From Basidiobolus meristosporus CBS 931.73 (lineage: Eukaryota; Fungi; Basidiobolomycota), in the NCBI GenBank assembly GCA_002104905.1, contig MCFE01000113.1:1-64000 (forward strand): a DNA stretch of 64,000 bases, read 5' to 3'. The translations under genes were made by a program, and so were the position numbers. Of the stretch, positions 63,061-64,000 are shown piece by piece; position 1 is the first letter of the stretch, and every line of letters starts with the position of its first letter. The notes below the pieces were generated by a model. That model was not told the origin of the DNA. It did not search any database and saw nothing but the letters and a program-made list of their open reading frames with translations.

Positions 63061-64000
63061 GTCAGCTGGGAATGAAAGCTTCTAGGACTTCTGTTGCCAT
63101 GTATGGTGGGATGAGACTTTGTAGGGCAGTAGTTCTTGCAATAGCAGAGAAGCTTAACAAGGGATCCCCCTGAGTAGATTAAGGTAGATGGTCTGCAGTA
63201 CTTGGTATAGATTTCTTCTAATGTGTCAAAGGAAATCCAGTGATAATGATGGATTGATGAGAAAAGACCATTCAGAAGAGTAAGTTAAATCAGAATTTGT
63301 ATGTGATAAAACAGATGTGACAAAAATCAATTTGGCGCAATCAACTTAACTTATCTGATTTTCTGTGCATTATGATTAAATCTCCAACAATTGCAATGTA
63401 TCCCATTATTATGTTGCAAAAGCATCCTCAAACAGTGACTTAGTGACTTTATTGATCATTTACTCACAAGTCTATAATAAAATAGGAAATCTGCAATTGA
63501 TGCAATTTGGTCCATGTCAGTACAATCCAAGATGCATCATGCATAATATATGGAAATTCTACAATCAGATTAGTTTTCCTATATATCTCACATAAGACAA
63601 AGTTGATGCCAATATATTATGGTACAAGTATTCAAATCCATCACTAAGGTCCCTATACCAAGTCTCAACTCATTGTTAGTACAGCCCAGATAAAACCCAT
63701 CCCCAGCTCACAAGCTTAGTCTGATCCAGAAAAGTCAATATTGGATTTGTTTGAGTTCTGGCCAAATGATTTTAGTATGGCCCAAGTGTCTATGATGAGC
63801 TTTCACATAGATATATTGGCACTAATCATTGATCTATCAGAACTAGATACCTCAGAGAGCTGACAGAGATGGAAGAGTCTGAGTAGAGAGCTGTGGCATG
63901 AGTTTTACATCAAGATCCCAGCCAATATATGTAAGAAGACATAAAACAAGACAAGTACCCTATGAGAAACTATTGAGATGAACCTGTCAAAAGGCCATCA

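Overview
Eukaryotic, intron-bearing DNA (GT-AG introns mostly about 55-75 nt) that reads like an early-diverging fungus. A Zoopagomycota/Basidiobolus-like source is my inference from the ferritins, the CBM5/12 chitinase and the intron-poor genes; it is not proven. Gene-rich blocks (about 1-30 kb and 38-52 kb) carry: an UNC-93-like MFS transporter, a GH18 chitinase relic, urease, an HSL-type hydrolase, two tandem ERV29/SURF4 genes, BioF, RPC37, a group I G-alpha, MDM34, a class III sirtuin, RPL5, a Sel1-repeat protein, a RhoGAP and a giant coiled-coil protein. CpG-poor transposon blocks (about 31-38 kb and 52.4-64 kb) hold two near-complete Ty1/copia elements with TSDs, solo and degenerate LTRs, and PIF/Harbinger-like relics. 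Best find: a 4-intron ferritin gene (42070-42822, minus) that the ORF track misses. It sits head-to-head with an intronless H-type ferritin (43311-43841). It keeps the fold and an identical N-terminus but has lost nearly all ferroxidase ligands, so it is a candidate fungal H/L-type ferritin pair under a bidirectional promoter. Second: a three-member cluster of secreted proteins sharing a DPKxCREYC N-terminal module. Two carry long Gly/Lys/His/Tyr repeat tails and the third is a decapitated small six-Cys variant.
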